A stretch of 32,000 nucleotides of DNA, taken from NCBI RefSeq assembly GCF_013177435.1, contig NZ_CP053627.1, positions 1,020,001 through 1,052,000 of the forward strand, in the 5' to 3' direction. The position numbers and the translations under genes are program-made. The notes under the pieces are model-generated. The model was not told where the DNA came from, ran no database searches, and saw only the letters and a list, made by a program, of their open reading frames with translations. This document shows positions 1 to 11,641 of the stretch, one piece after another (within the stretch, counting starts at the first letter, position 1; each line of letters starts with the position of its first letter). The stretch is from Xylella taiwanensis. Lineage in GTDB: Bacteria; Pseudomonadota; Gammaproteobacteria; Xanthomonadales; Xanthomonadaceae.

Positions 1-1235
1 TTCGCGAGCTGAGGCTTGCCCTTCAAGCGCTCGATCGCGTACTGGAACGATCTGACCTGCACTCCTGTCGCCTGGCGTGTGTCCAATGGCTCCGCGTGAA
101 GATCGGGTACGGTGTACGTCGTCGGGTCGTTCCCCGTACCCCATGCGGCTGTCAACGCTGCGCGACGGATCAGACAGGGCAGGCAATAGCCACATTGCTC
201 AATACTACGTCCTAGCCATCTGACCTTGGCGGGAGATGAGCACGACAACGCATCTGTTGCCAGCGTCTTCAAGAGATCTGGGTTGCGGCAGGCGGCGGCC
301 ATCTCGCCCTTCGTCTTGTCCCAGTAAGGGTTCCGAATCGTGCCGTTAATGCCGAGTGCGACGAGCAGGTCGTTCCACCTCGCTATGTAATACGGATGCG
401 TGGTGCGGGTGCTGTTTGATCCCAAGCGCAGCGGATCCAAAGGCACATTCAGCGCGATCAGCCCATTTTCGGGGACACGCAGGACGAAACGCTGCCCAAG
501 CCCGGTGCCCGCGAACACCCCGAGAGCGAAGCACAGGAACGACCTGCCGCGGGTGCTGTTCTCCTTGTCACCGTCTTCCACAAGGCCATCGGCAAAGGTC
601 ATGTTGACCCGCAGTCGTTCGAATGAGGTGTTGTAATGTTCTTGCAGGCTTTTGGACAATCTTTCCTGTGCCTGGCTTGTCGCGCCCTCGCCGCAGTGGC
701 TGACCAGTAGAGGCGTGGCGCCGTCCTCCAACAGATCAATGGCCCCAATCAAGCTGTCTAATCCCCCTGAGAACAGGCTGATGGAATCAAAGAGCGGAGC
801 GATCAAGTCCAGAGACGTTGCTTGGGCAAGCGTCGCGAACTGATCTGGACGTGCTCTGAACACGATCGTCCAGAGATCACCCGTCAGGAAGTCCAGCGAC
901 TGCTTCAGTAGCGCTGCTGCTGCATTCCAACGCACGGGATCACTGACTGGCACGACCAGCCGTATTTCGCGCGTCCACGCGTCCTGCGAGTGCTTGGTAC
1001 GAGAGATGCCTGTGTCTGCTGCGTGGATATGGGCCGCCAGGATCAGCAGGTCAATGCCGATCTCCGAGGGAAACACACCGAGGTTCTTCAAGCGAGTCAG
1101 CGCATGACCGATGCCATGCGCTAAGGATTTATCCTTGGAAACGAGTAGCACGTAGGTGCTGTGTTCGTCGACACCCGCCGTGACCTTGAAGTTGTCATCA
1201 GGACCGAAGTGGCCCGCCAAGAGGTGTCGCTTCAT
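1..1235 (-). CDS. qatC: QueC-like PP-loop ATPase, QatC-like (the N-terminal ~411 aa are present; the 3' end runs off the window)
   Basis: The ORF track omits it because the frame is open to the window edge. My manual minus-strand translation from the ATG at 1235-1233 reads MKRHLLAGHFGPDDNFKVTAGV...DSISLFSGGLDSLIGAIDLLEDG...RVPENGLIALNVPLDPL...IEQCGYCLPCLIRRAAL. The SGGLDS PP-loop (nt 753-770) and the C-terminal Cys cluster are QueC-family hallmarks. The start overlaps the upstream stop (ATGA at 1232-1235). Confidence 0.8.
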   Translation of the reverse strand, partial: MKRHLLAGHFGPDDNFKVTAGVDEHSTYVLLVSKDKSLAHGIGHALTRLKNLGVFPSEIGIDLLILAAHIHAADTGISRTKHSQDAWTREIRLVVPVSDPVRWNAAAALLKQSLDFLTGDLWTIVFRARPDQFATLAQATSLDLIAPLFDSISLFSGGLDSLIGAIDLLEDGATPLLVSHCGEGATSQAQERLSKSLQEHYNTSFERLRVNMTFADGLVEDGDKENSTRGRSFLCFALGVFAGTGLGQRFVLRVPENGLIALNVPLDPLRLGSNSTRTTHPYYIARWNDLLVALGINGTIRNPYWDKTKGEMAAACRNPDLLKTLATDALSCSSPAKVRWLGRSIEQCGYCLPCLIRRAALTAAWGTGNDPTTYTVPDLHAEPLDTRQATGVQVRSFQYAIERLKGKPQLA

Positions 1236-2092
1236 TGATCCGCCTCCAGATCGGCCAGGGTGTGCAAGATTGCAAATGCAGACGCGTACAGCGCATCGAC
1301 GAACCCTTGAATGCGCTCGGGCGTGAGATTCGGCGTTTCCGCACGGGCCCGCGTCAGCGCGTCGCTCACCCCACCCCGGATGAAGTCGCGCAACTGCTGT
1401 TCGACGCGGTGTGCAGCTTGCGTGTCCGCTGGCATGGTCACAGCCTTTGTCCCAATGTCGTTGTAGATGCGGGCTTCTATCGCGTGGGTGGCATACAGCT
1501 CGAAGACTGTCTGCATTTGATCCGGCGTGCAGGTGTCCAGATCGGTAAGCCCTTCACTTATCAGTTCGTCGATGGTTTCAAAGTACGCCTCGCGGGGGAT
1601 GCCTGCATCGACGGTGCCCGCGCCTGGGCAGACGTAGTCGGCCAGACCAATGAGGATGCCCGTGAGTGGGCGTCCGGCTAACGACTCCAGGTCCAGCGCT
1701 CGTAGCGCCTCGCGCACCCCCCTTGCTTGTGCATCGGCCAGAAAACCAAGCAACCGTGCCCCCGCTCCACGCGAGGCGCCCATACGTTGCGCCGCCTGGC
1801 GCGCGCCGCCGGCCGATGTTGCAACGTATGTTGAGACGGCGCGGCCCAGGTTGACACGGTCGCTGCCACCCGAAGCGGCAAATCGCGTGAAGCTGTTGCG
1901 CGCATCGGAGAAGCGTCGCGGGTCTGCCGTTGCGGGCATGGGTGGCCGGTTCGGCGGCATGACGTTGTCTGGTGCTGCGCCATTGCCAGGAGGGGCGGCA
2001 GGTGTACCTGGGCTATCGGGGGCATTCAGCCAGGACGGAACCAGCGGGGTTCCGCCGCGCGGGCCGCCGTACGCTGTCGAGGTTCCCATCAA
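1232..2092 (-). CDS. qatB: QatB-like protein (Pro/Gly-rich N-terminus, helical C-terminal half), function unknown
   Basis: A 286-aa ORF lies between the KAP NTPase and the QueC-like gene, with 4-nt ATGA overlaps at both ends (2089-2092 and 1232-1235). The N-terminus MMGTSTAYGGPRGGTPLVPSW followed by a Pro-rich linker fits what I recall of QatB. The call rests mainly on position. Confidence 0.6.
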   Translation of the reverse strand: MMGTSTAYGGPRGGTPLVPSWLNAPDSPGTPAAPPGNGAAPDNVMPPNRPPMPATADPRRFSDARNSFTRFAASGGSDRVNLGRAVSTYVATSAGGARQAAQRMGASRGAGARLLGFLADAQARGVREALRALDLESLAGRPLTGILIGLADYVCPGAGTVDAGIPREAYFETIDELISEGLTDLDTCTPDQMQTVFELYATHAIEARIYNDIGTKAVTMPADTQAAHRVEQQLRDFIRGGVSDALTRARAETPNLTPERIQGFVDALYASAFAILHTLADLEADQ

Positions 2093-4020
2093 CGTCCTTC
2101 CTTGTCATAGGTGAGCATCGCTGTGGCGGCGATACTGAGTGTCGACTTGGGAGCTTTGCTCCATGCTTCCAGCAGCTTCGTCAGGCGAGTGTTGCATGCC
2201 CTGTCCTTGAGGGCGCCTTCCCAACCACCGGCAGGCCAAGACCCGCATTGGCCATGTGGCAGTGCCTCCAGGAAATCCAGCAACCGGCTCTGGAGTCCCG
2301 GCTGCACCTCCACAAGGACGGCGAGACCATCAATGCCTGCAGGCTTGGCAGCGAAGGTGCCCGTGCTCATGATCTTGCTGCGCACGGCCTCGAACACCTT
2401 TTCGGCTTCGGGGGGCAGCAGCTGCTTCAACTCGGCTTTGTAGCTCTGGAGGGCTATTTTGCTGCCGAACAATTTTTCGACTATGCCAGCCAGGTGGCCG
2501 AGCACCGACACGGGACCGAAGTAGTCCTTCTTGTCCTTTGTGACGAACAAGTAGGGGCGCAGATCGAGTCCTGACAGCTTCGGGGAGAGATGCGCCCAGT
2601 CGCGCGCCGTCTCCGACGACTTCCACTCGTTCAACACGGTGTTGTCGGAGGCGGGCACCGCTGCGGCGACCTTTTGCCTCTTCGACTGACGATTCTTGCC
2701 GTTAGCCGACACCAGGCTTTTCTCCAGCGTTTCGAGGTCTTCACACCGCCCTTGTGGATGGACTGCCGCGACCGACGCGATCTGTTCGAACAACTTTGGG
2801 ATGAATCGTTCCGCGAGCATAAGCTTCGCGAGCACGGGGAGCGTGATGTCGTTTCCAAAACCGCGTGCAGTCGCCATGTGCGCGCGCAACAACAGCGTGT
2901 TGAGGAAGCGCTTGATCTGGCGCGGGTTGCCTTTTGTGCCGCTCGCCAGGATGGGTCCGATCTGGTCGCTGAGTGCCAGCGCATTGTTTGCCTTCTCGGC
3001 TTGCTGGCCGAGCGCCGTCTTGACCATAGCGGCATCCAGACCGCCACTGCTCCACGGTCGCTTCAACTGTTCCCGCGCGACGGCGATCAGCCTCCTATAG
3101 TTCTCGTCGTTCTCGCCGATGGCGGTACCAGCGAGCAACAACGTCACGTAGATCCGTGTCTCGGTTTCACCCAGGGCCGGGATGCGGAACGGAACTTGGA
3201 TGAGTTTCTCGAGGTAATGGCGGGCATAGTCTCGCGGTCCGGTGCTGTCGGGCAGATCGGGAAAGTGCTTGCGCACGGCATATTCGATCATGGCCTCATC
3301 AGCGGCGACGACGAACGCGGTTTGCGCGGTGAATACGAACAGCCGGATGGCTTCGAGTGTTTCAATGGCGGTGTCGGGCAGGCAGCGGTCGAGGTCGTCG
3401 ATCAGGACAACGAGCTGTTTGATGTCTGCATCTTTCAGGAGCTGGGCGAATGCCTTGCGGAAGGCCTCCACTTCCTCCGACACGTGCTTGGACTCGCCCG
3501 GTTTCAGCACGGCCTTTATATCGTCAATGACTGTCGAGAGCTTTTCTTTCGTGATGCGCTTGGTAGGGTCTGCTATGAGCACTTCGAGTGAGCCGACGAT
3601 GCCTCTGCTTTGCTCGGGCGTCGGCATGCCGGTGAATGCGGTCAGGACCAGGCTGCCGGCCCGTTTGGCGATCTTCAGCAAGTCGATGCGACGCAACACA
3701 TTCTTGGCGGCTACGGTCAGCTTGTTGAGCGCCGGGCGTTTCTCGATCAAGCCTGTCACGATCCCCTCGATCAAGGCGATCTTCGCATCCTCGAAGCCCT
3801 GGAAGCGCCACCCATTGAACTTGAGGCATAGGACAGCGTCCTGATCCGCGAAGCCAGCGTCGATCATTTCGAGCACGCTGGACTTTCCCGCACCCCAGTC
3901 GCCGTGCACGCCGATCGTTACCGGGTGGTTGGGCTGCGTGCCAAGCAACTTGATGATGGTGGTGGCAATGGCCTCGTTGTTCAGTAGATCAATGTTGGTT
4001 TCGTGATCGCTCAGGATCAT
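2089..4020 (-). CDS. qatA: KAP-family P-loop NTPase, QatA-like
   Basis: The ORF is 643 aa. Walker A is GVHGDWGAGKSSVLEM (nt 3877-3903) and the KAP-type Walker B is QLVVLIDDLDRCLPD. A strong RBS (GGGAGGAG) lies 5 nt upstream of the ATG at 4020. It is the first gene of a three-gene overlapping operon. Confidence 0.8.
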   Translation of the reverse strand: MILSDHETNIDLLNNEAIATTIIKLLGTQPNHPVTIGVHGDWGAGKSSVLEMIDAGFADQDAVLCLKFNGWRFQGFEDAKIALIEGIVTGLIEKRPALNKLTVAAKNVLRRIDLLKIAKRAGSLVLTAFTGMPTPEQSRGIVGSLEVLIADPTKRITKEKLSTVIDDIKAVLKPGESKHVSEEVEAFRKAFAQLLKDADIKQLVVLIDDLDRCLPDTAIETLEAIRLFVFTAQTAFVVAADEAMIEYAVRKHFPDLPDSTGPRDYARHYLEKLIQVPFRIPALGETETRIYVTLLLAGTAIGENDENYRRLIAVAREQLKRPWSSGGLDAAMVKTALGQQAEKANNALALSDQIGPILASGTKGNPRQIKRFLNTLLLRAHMATARGFGNDITLPVLAKLMLAERFIPKLFEQIASVAAVHPQGRCEDLETLEKSLVSANGKNRQSKRQKVAAAVPASDNTVLNEWKSSETARDWAHLSPKLSGLDLRPYLFVTKDKKDYFGPVSVLGHLAGIVEKLFGSKIALQSYKAELKQLLPPEAEKVFEAVRSKIMSTGTFAAKPAGIDGLAVLVEVQPGLQSRLLDFLEALPHGQCGSWPAGGWEGALKDRACNTRLTKLLEAWSKAPKSTLSIAATAMLTYDKEGR

Positions 4021-4804
4021 GCATCTCCTCCCTGTTCATCATGAAATGCAAGCCGTATCACTCTTTTTACGCAGTAGTGCGGCGGTGTGTGTTTCCACAC
4101 AGCGGCGCAGCCGGTCATCGTCCAGATGTTTTTAGCTCATCCTGGTTGCGAATACCGACGGACAACACGTCCAGGCATTGGCCGCGTGTCAGCCGCACTG
4201 CAACTTTCGTGAGAAGTGGGGCGGCGGCGTGCAATCCGAATGCGAGCCGCTGAAGCATCTCATCTAAGCCTTTGAGGACATCGGGCTGATCACGGGGGCG
4301 CTATCGAAGTGCAAAGCGGGACGCATGCCCCCAACGTTCACACCTGCATCGGCGAGGCCGAGAAAAGCTACCCAAAGGCGCGGCAGTGTAGGTGTGCGGA
4401 GTGCTGGACGGTGGTCAATGTTGGACGGCTGGAGATGGCCAAGGTTCGCAGTGAGTGATTATCGCTTGGCCGCTGTCATTCTTGGTCTCACCGGGGACGG
4501 TTGGCGCGATGTCGAGTCGATCGGTTGCTTATTCACTTGCCGCGCTATCGTTCAGGGCTGGCGATAAGGACGAGGATGTTTGCCGTTGCGTGTGGTCGCT
4601 GACAGCGATGGCCGCAGCGCCCATGCTCCATTCACTCAAGCGCTCAGGGAGGAGGAGCGCGATGCAAGGCGGATCGGATGATGAGGTGATCGCCAAGTAC
4701 TGTTGTGCCGATCTCACCTGTGCTGCGGCGTGGCTTGCCGAAGTCCACGGCGACGATCACCCGTCCGGGCTTGCTAAGATGGCTGCCGGGTTAATGCCGG
4801 GTTA

Positions 4805-5749
4805 ATGCCGGATAACGATGACACACTCCGCGTGGAGGCACTGACGGGTGAGATGAGCATGGACGAAAGCAAGGTACTGGTGAATGAATTGGTGGATGCA
4901 GTGCTTGACAGGACTGTGTCATTGGCTCATCTGTTGCGTCTGGCGCTGGTGGCCGCGTCGCGCTTGGAGCTTCCCGCACTGGCGGCATGGATCAAGGGGG
5001 AACTGAACGGTTATCCCTCGGATGAGGTTCCCGACTATCGGCGGGTATTGGCACCGTTTATCGCCAAGGATCCAGTCAAGGGCTTTGTCCCTCTCAATCT
5101 CCCGCCTGACATCAGCAAAGAGTTTGCTCAGCTATCTGTCATACAGTCGATTCATGAGCTGGGACAATTTGCCCAGCGGAAGACCGAAATTTATTTCGCT
5201 TTGAATCCTGAAATTGAGCGTAGTTTGATGGAGATCATGCGACTTTCGTCCGGAGGGATGGGGCGTCCGCTGTACTTATTATCGAACGAGAAGGTTCATG
5301 AAATACTCGAAAAGGTGCGCGACAAGGTGCTGCAATGGGTGCTTGATCTGGAGACTCAGGGCGTGCTTGGCAAGGGAAGGATATTCTCAGTGGAGGAAAA
5401 GCAGATCGTGAAAAACTATCGTTTTAACTTTGGAGACGTCAAAAACTCTAATGTTCAAATTGGGACGATCGGTTCCAATCAGACCCATATTCACACAGCG
5501 GATGACATGGCCGCGTTGTTATCGTTGATTGAGTGTCTGCGCACAGCGCTTGAGCAAGGTGCTGTCTCGGAAGAAATCCGCGGCGAGCTGCAAGCCTATC
5601 TAATGACTTTGCAAGAACAGGCTATTTCATCAAAACCGGAATGGCCCATTATCAAGAGGGCCGCGCAGAGTATGAAGGCTATGTTCGAGAACGCAGCCGG
5701 AAATGTGATTGCGGCACAAATCATGCCTTATCTGACCCCCTTTCAATGA
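4805..5749 (+). CDS. AbiTii-domain protein (putative single-gene abortive-infection type protein)
   Basis: The ORF is 314 aa. Its N-terminal region LAHLLRLALVAASRLELPALAAWIKGELNGYPSDEVPDYRRV matches the AbiTii N-terminal pattern as I recall it (helical LLR..A..L, then W...ELNGY...vP.YR). The body has visibly lower GC than its flanks. An alternative start is the ATG at 4853 (MSMDESK), preceded by GGTGAG. Confidence 0.6.
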   Translation: MPDNDDTLRVEALTGEMSMDESKVLVNELVDAVLDRTVSLAHLLRLALVAASRLELPALAAWIKGELNGYPSDEVPDYRRVLAPFIAKDPVKGFVPLNLPPDISKEFAQLSVIQSIHELGQFAQRKTEIYFALNPEIERSLMEIMRLSSGGMGRPLYLLSNEKVHEILEKVRDKVLQWVLDLETQGVLGKGRIFSVEEKQIVKNYRFNFGDVKNSNVQIGTIGSNQTHIHTADDMAALLSLIECLRTALEQGAVSEEIRGELQAYLMTLQEQAISSKPEWPIIKRAAQSMKAMFENAAGNVIAAQIMPYLTPFQ

Positions 5750-6072
5750 TGCCAACGGCGCTGCATGTTTGAGCCTCGCCGTAGGGCCTTGCTCGGCACC
5801 AATGCACGGCAGCGCTCATGGTGGCTCGGCGTGGGGGGCATGCATGCGCATGGTCTTTCTTATGGCATCAGGTGATCTGCCGGCCCACCATCCATCCAAT
5901 GACTGAGGAGGGTGCTACGTTCATCACGACATGGGTTTTGTTGCCGAGATGGGTGTTGACCGCTATCCCTCCATATCGCGATTGATTTTTTGCTTCCTGG
6001 TCTGGGATTGTCTGGCAGTGTTGAGGAAGCACATCATGTCTGGATGCAGGCACCGCTCATCGTGGATGCGGT

Positions 6073-8979
6073 CTAAAGGTGTACCACCTGTGCGACCATG
6101 ACATCTTCTCCTGGGGTTGGATAACGGTCGCCGGACACATCGTTGCCAGGCATGGAAGGCAGCAGCTTGGCTAAGAAGCGCCCCGTATGCGAGTGAGGAC
6201 ACGCCGCCACAGCTTCAGGGGTGCCGGCAATCAGTATTTCACCGCCGCGCCCGCCGCCTTCCGGGCCGAGATCGATGACCCAATCGGCAGTTTTGATCAC
6301 GTCCAGATTATGTTCGATCACGACCACTGTATTGCCTCCATCGCGCAGGGTGTGTAGCACGGCTAGGAGTGCTTCGATGTCGTAAAAATGCAGCCCAGTG
6401 GTTGGTTCGTCGAGGATATACAGGGTGCGGCCCGTGTCGCGCCGGGACAGTTCTTTGGACAATTTGACACGCTGCGCCTCACCGCCTGATAGCGTCGTCG
6501 CACTCTGGCCGAGTTTGATGTAACTCAAGCCGACGTCTACCAGTGTTTCCAGCTTGCGGGCGATCGCTGGTACGGCCTCGAACAGTTTCAGGGCATCTTC
6601 GACGGTCATTTCCAGCACGTCGTTGATGGTGTATCCCTTATATCGAATCTCGAGCGTCTCGCGGTTGTAACGTTTGCCATGACAGACATCGCATGGCACG
6701 TAGACATCCGGTAAGAAGTGCATTTCAACCTTGATCAGTCCGTCACCCTCACAGGCTTCACAGCGGCCGCCACGCACGTTGAAGCTGAAACGCCCTGGAG
6801 AATAACCGCGCGCACGTGCCTCCGGAACCTGAGCGAACAGCTCACGCAACGGAGTGAACAGGCCGGTGTAGGTGGCTGGGTTGGAGCGTGGCGTGCGTCC
6901 GATCGGTGATTGATCGATGTCCACCACTTTGTCGAACATCTCTAGACCGTCGACTGACTGATACGGCGCAATGGCATGAGAGGCGCCATTGATCTTGTTT
7001 GCGGCTAACGCAAACAGCGTGTCGTTGACCAGCGTCGATTTGCCGGAGCCGGACACGCCGGTAATGCAAGTGAATAGCCCCGCTGGGATGTCAAGATCAA
7101 CGCCTTTCAGGTTGTTACCAGAGGCGCCGCGAAGGTGCAGCATCATTTCCGGATTGGGGGTGCGGTGCTGTTGGGGAATTTCAATGCGGCGCTGCCCGGA
7201 TAAATATTGGCCGGTCAATGAGTGTGGCGCAGTCATAATCTGTTGCAACGTGCCTTGGGCGCAGATCTCACCGCCATGCACGCCGGCACCGGGACCAATG
7301 TCGAGGATGTGATCCGCTTGGCGGATCGCGTCCTCGTCGTGTTCGACGACGATCACGGTGTTACCGAGGTCGCGTAACCGGGTCAACGTACCGAGCAGGC
7401 GTTCGTTATCACGCTGGTGCAGCCCAATCGAAGGTTCGTCCAGCACGTACATGACGCCCACCAAGCCGGCACCAATTTGACTCGCCAAACGGATACGTTG
7501 TGCTTCACCACCGGAGAGTGTGTCGGCGTGACGCTCCAACGTCAGGTAGTCCAGGCCGACATCGACCAGAAAACCGAGGCGCTCTCCGATTTCTTTGACG
7601 ATCTTAGCGGCAATCTCACCGCGCCAGCCTGGTAGACGCAGCGTTTGGAAGAATACCAATGCTTCATTAATCGGCAGCACCACCAGCTCAGGGAGCGTCC
7701 GATCGGCAACGAACACGTTGCGTGCGGCACGGTTTAGACGTGTACCACCGCACTCCGGACAAGGCCGCGTGCTGATGTACTTGGCAAGTTCCTCACGTAC
7801 GGCAGGCGATTCTGTCTCACGATAACGGCGCTCCAGGTTCGGCACGATGCCTTCGAAGCGATGTTTACGTGTGGTACGGCCCCCGGCTTCCGTCAAGTAG
7901 GTGAAGCTGATCTGCTCATCACCGCTGCCGAACAGCATGATATGACGTACCTTTTCAGGCAGCGCTTGCCATGGTGCGTCCACGTCGAACGTATAGTGCT
8001 TGGCAAGTGCAGCGATCAGTTGGAAGTAATACGCGTTGCGGCGGTCCCAGCCGCGTACAGCGCCGGCCGACAGTGCAAGATCTGGATGAACGATGACCTT
8101 GGCCGGGTCGAAAAACTCGGTCACACCCAGACCGTTGCACGTGGGGCAAGCACCGATCGGCGCGTTGAAGGAGAATAACCGCGGCTCCAACTCCGGTAGC
8201 GAATAGTCACAGACTGGACAGGAGTACTTGGAGGAAAACAGCTGCGGTGTGGCTGTTGTCTCGTCTAGCGATTGGACGGAGGCCATCCCATTGCCGAGTT
8301 TCAATGCAGTTTCAAAGCTTTCGGCCAAACGTTGCTTGATGTCCTCACGTGGGCGGAAACGATCAATCACTGCTTCGATCGTATGCTTCTGACGCAGTGC
8401 CAATGTGGGTACTGCGTCGATCTCATATAGTTCCCCATTCACGCGCACGCGCACGAAGCCTTGCGCGCGCAGCTGCTCGAACACCTGGATGTGTTCACCC
8501 TTACGCTCACGTACCACGGGTGCCAACAGCATGTAGCGCTGCTCGGGATCCAAGGTCAATACGTGATCCACCATCTGACTGACTGTCTGCGCTTCCAGCG
8601 GGTAATGATGGTCCGGGCAGCGTGGTTGTCCGACACGTGCATACAGCAGTCGCAAATAATCGTAGATCTCGGTAATCGTACCGACGGTGGAGCGCGGGTT
8701 ATGCGAGGTTGACTTTTGTTCAATTGAAATCGCCGGGGACAGCCCTTCGATATGGTCCAGATCCGGTTTCTCCATCACACTGAGAAACTGCCGTGCATAG
8801 GCCGAAAGCGATTCGACATAGCGGCGCTGACCTTCGGCGTATATCGTGTCGAACGCCAACGATGATTTGCCAGAGCCGGACAGGCCGGTGATGACGATCA
8901 GGCTGTTGCGTGGTAGATCGAGATCCAGATTCTTAAGGTTATGTGTCCGCGCGCCGCGGATGCGGATGAGGTCCGTCAC
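6073..8979 (-). CDS. uvrA: excinuclease ABC subunit A (UvrA)
   Basis: The ORF is 968 aa and begins [67 protein letters not shown] second ABC module ([20 protein letters not shown] twice) and zinc-finger Cys pairs are present. Confidence 0.97.
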   Translation of the reverse strand: MTDLIRIRGARTHNLKNLDLDLPRNSLIVITGLSGSGKSSLAFDTIYAEGQRRYVESLSAYARQFLSVMEKPDLDHIEGLSPAISIEQKSTSHNPRSTVGTITEIYDYLRLLYARVGQPRCPDHHYPLEAQTVSQMVDHVLTLDPEQRYMLLAPVVRERKGEHIQVFEQLRAQGFVRVRVNGELYEIDAVPTLALRQKHTIEAVIDRFRPREDIKQRLAESFETALKLGNGMASVQSLDETTATPQLFSSKYSCPVCDYSLPELEPRLFSFNAPIGACPTCNGLGVTEFFDPAKVIVHPDLALSAGAVRGWDRRNAYYFQLIAALAKHYTFDVDAPWQALPEKVRHIMLFGSGDEQISFTYLTEAGGRTTRKHRFEGIVPNLERRYRETESPAVREELAKYISTRPCPECGGTRLNRAARNVFVADRTLPELVVLPINEALVFFQTLRLPGWRGEIAAKIVKEIGERLGFLVDVGLDYLTLERHADTLSGGEAQRIRLASQIGAGLVGVMYVLDEPSIGLHQRDNERLLGTLTRLRDLGNTVIVVEHDEDAIRQADHILDIGPGAGVHGGEICAQGTLQQIMTAPHSLTGQYLSGQRRIEIPQQHRTPNPEMMLHLRGASGNNLKGVDLDIPAGLFTCITGVSGSGKSTLVNDTLFALAANKINGASHAIAPYQSVDGLEMFDKVVDIDQSPIGRTPRSNPATYTGLFTPLRELFAQVPEARARGYSPGRFSFNVRGGRCEACEGDGLIKVEMHFLPDVYVPCDVCHGKRYNRETLEIRYKGYTINDVLEMTVEDALKLFEAVPAIARKLETLVDVGLSYIKLGQSATTLSGGEAQRVKLSKELSRRDTGRTLYILDEPTTGLHFYDIEALLAVLHTLRDGGNTVVVIEHNLDVIKTADWVIDLGPEGGGRGGEILIAGTPEAVAACPHSHTGRFLAKLLPSMPGNDVSGDRYPTPGEDVMVAQVVHL

Positions 8980-9315
8980 GATGGGGTATCCGGAATCAGG
9001 TCAGTGGCGGGGCACTGATGGATGATAGTTTAGGTCCGACAGCATGATTGATGATGCACTACAGAAATTTCCCACGCGTTTAGACACTCAATCATCAACT
9101 GCTTAGATTACCCACTTCAATCCAAATCGGGGGGAGGATGCAAAAATGCCAGTGTGCACTCTAGCTTCGCATTCACATCGCTATCTCCGCCGTTGGCTGC
9201 AAGACCGAAGCTTCTTTTATTTTCTTTGGAAAAACGCTAGCATTTGCGTCCTTCTGTCTGTCCAGATTCTGGCGGCAGCGACCACAATAACGACATTAAA
9301 AAGGAAGGTATGGTC

Positions 9316-9636
9316 ATGTACGCAGTACTGGTCACCGGCGGCAAGCAATATCGTGTGCTTCAGGGGGAGACGTTGCGGGTTGAAAAGCTCGATGTCGAAG
9401 CTGGGAGCGAGATCACTTTTGACAGTGTCCTGTTGATGGGTGGCAGCGATGGCATCCAAGTGGGTGAAGCGTTGCAAGGTGCCTCTGTCACCGCCAAGGT
9501 CGTGGCCCACGGCCGCGCTCGCAAAGTGAAAATCATCAAATTCCGTCGCCGCAAGCACCACATGAAGCATCAAGGGCACCGGCAGTACTACACAGAAATC
9601 CAAATCACCGGTATGACCGGGCCTGGCCAGCAGTAA
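9316..9636 (+). CDS. rplU: 50S ribosomal protein L21
   Basis: The protein reads [26 protein letters not shown] trimmed the start from the track ORF (9244) to the ATG at 9316, which sits 8 nt after the AAGGAAGG RBS. The product is 106 aa. Confidence 0.95.
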   Translation: MYAVLVTGGKQYRVLQGETLRVEKLDVEAGSEITFDSVLLMGGSDGIQVGEALQGASVTAKVVAHGRARKVKIIKFRRRKHHMKHQGHRQYYTEIQITGMTGPGQQ

Positions 9637-9660
9637 TCGATAATAAGGAGTGAGTTGTTC

Positions 9661-9918
9661 ATGGCACACAAAAAAGGTGTAGGTTCCTCGCGTAACGGCC
9701 GCGACTCTAACCCGAAATACCTCGGCGTCAAACTCTTCGGTGGGCAAGCCATCGAAGCTGGAAACATTATCGTTCGCCAGCGTGGTACCCAGTTTCATCC
9801 AGGTTGTGGTGTTGGTCTGGGGCGCGACCATACGTTATTCGCGTTAGTGGATGGCACGGTTCAATTTTCGACCAAAGGTCCGAAAAAACGCCGTACTGTC
9901 AGCGTCATTCAGGAGTGA
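9661..9918 (+). CDS. rpmA: 50S ribosomal protein L27
   Basis: The protein reads [24 protein letters not shown]. The track ORF starts at a TTG (9655), but the canonical ATG is at 9661, downstream of AAGGAG. The product is 85 aa. Confidence 0.95.
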   Translation: MAHKKGVGSSRNGRDSNPKYLGVKLFGGQAIEAGNIIVRQRGTQFHPGCGVGLGRDHTLFALVDGTVQFSTKGPKKRRTVSVIQE

Positions 9919-9963
9919 ATTTCAATCTCGCATTGCTCGACACTGAGAACCCATCACGGCTAA

Positions 9964-11160
<1,197 letters not shown>

Positions 11161-11273
11161 AGCAGTGGCAGCTCCTTGGAACGATGCATTTCTTCATCCT
11201 TGAAACTAGCCGTACCCTGTTTTGCAGAGTGCGATGGCCAGTTCGACTCATCGTTCCGGACTGTGGTGCAGCA

Positions 11274-11543
11274 TCAAGCCGTCTTCAGCGCTTTGATGCG
11301 GGCTGTCAACCGACTCTTATGGCGGGCCGCTTTATTTTTATGAATCAATCCACGGGCGCTGAAACGGTCAAGGATGGGTTGGGCAACAGCGAAAGCAGTT
11401 TCGGCACCGACGATATCCCTAGTGTCGAGCGCCTTGATGACCTTCTTGACGGCAGTGCGCAACATAGAACGCTGCGCCGTGTTGCGTGTGTTACGCGCAA
11501 CGGTCTGCTTAGCGCGCTTCTTGGCGGACTTGATATTGGCCAC
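11274..11543 (-). CDS. rpsT: 30S ribosomal protein S20
   Basis: The protein reads (M)[21 protein letters not shown] trimmed the start to the GTG at 11543, which sits 7 nt after GGGAAG. The product is 89 aa. Confidence 0.93.
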   Translation of the reverse strand: MANIKSAKKRAKQTVARNTRNTAQRSMLRTAVKKVIKALDTRDIVGAETAFAVAQPILDRFSARGLIHKNKAARHKSRLTARIKALKTA

Positions 11544-11641
11544 GGCGGTACTTCCCTCGAAATCCATTGATGAAAAATTAAGCAGGGGATTATGATTTTC
11601 ATGAATATCTACGTCAAGCCTCTTGTCGACAGGAGCAAGCG

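Noticed and set aside
2590-3591. 333-aa ORF on the plus strand
   Set aside because: It is antisense to the KAP NTPase gene. It has no motifs and an Arg/Leu/Gly-rich shadow composition.
4455-4805. 116-aa ORF upstream of the AbiTii-like gene as an independent gene
   Set aside because: It has no motif, no RBS, and a Cys/Ala/Arg-rich odd composition. I kept it only as context for the 11-bp duplication finding.
8980-9315. SOS (LexA) box in the uvrA-rplU divergent intergenic region
   Set aside because: I found TTAG-containing stretches but no TTAG…TACTA-type palindrome, or any convincing palindrome, so I make no claim.
9217-9831. 204-aa minus-strand ORF
   Set aside because: It is antisense to rplU and rpmA, which are unmistakable.
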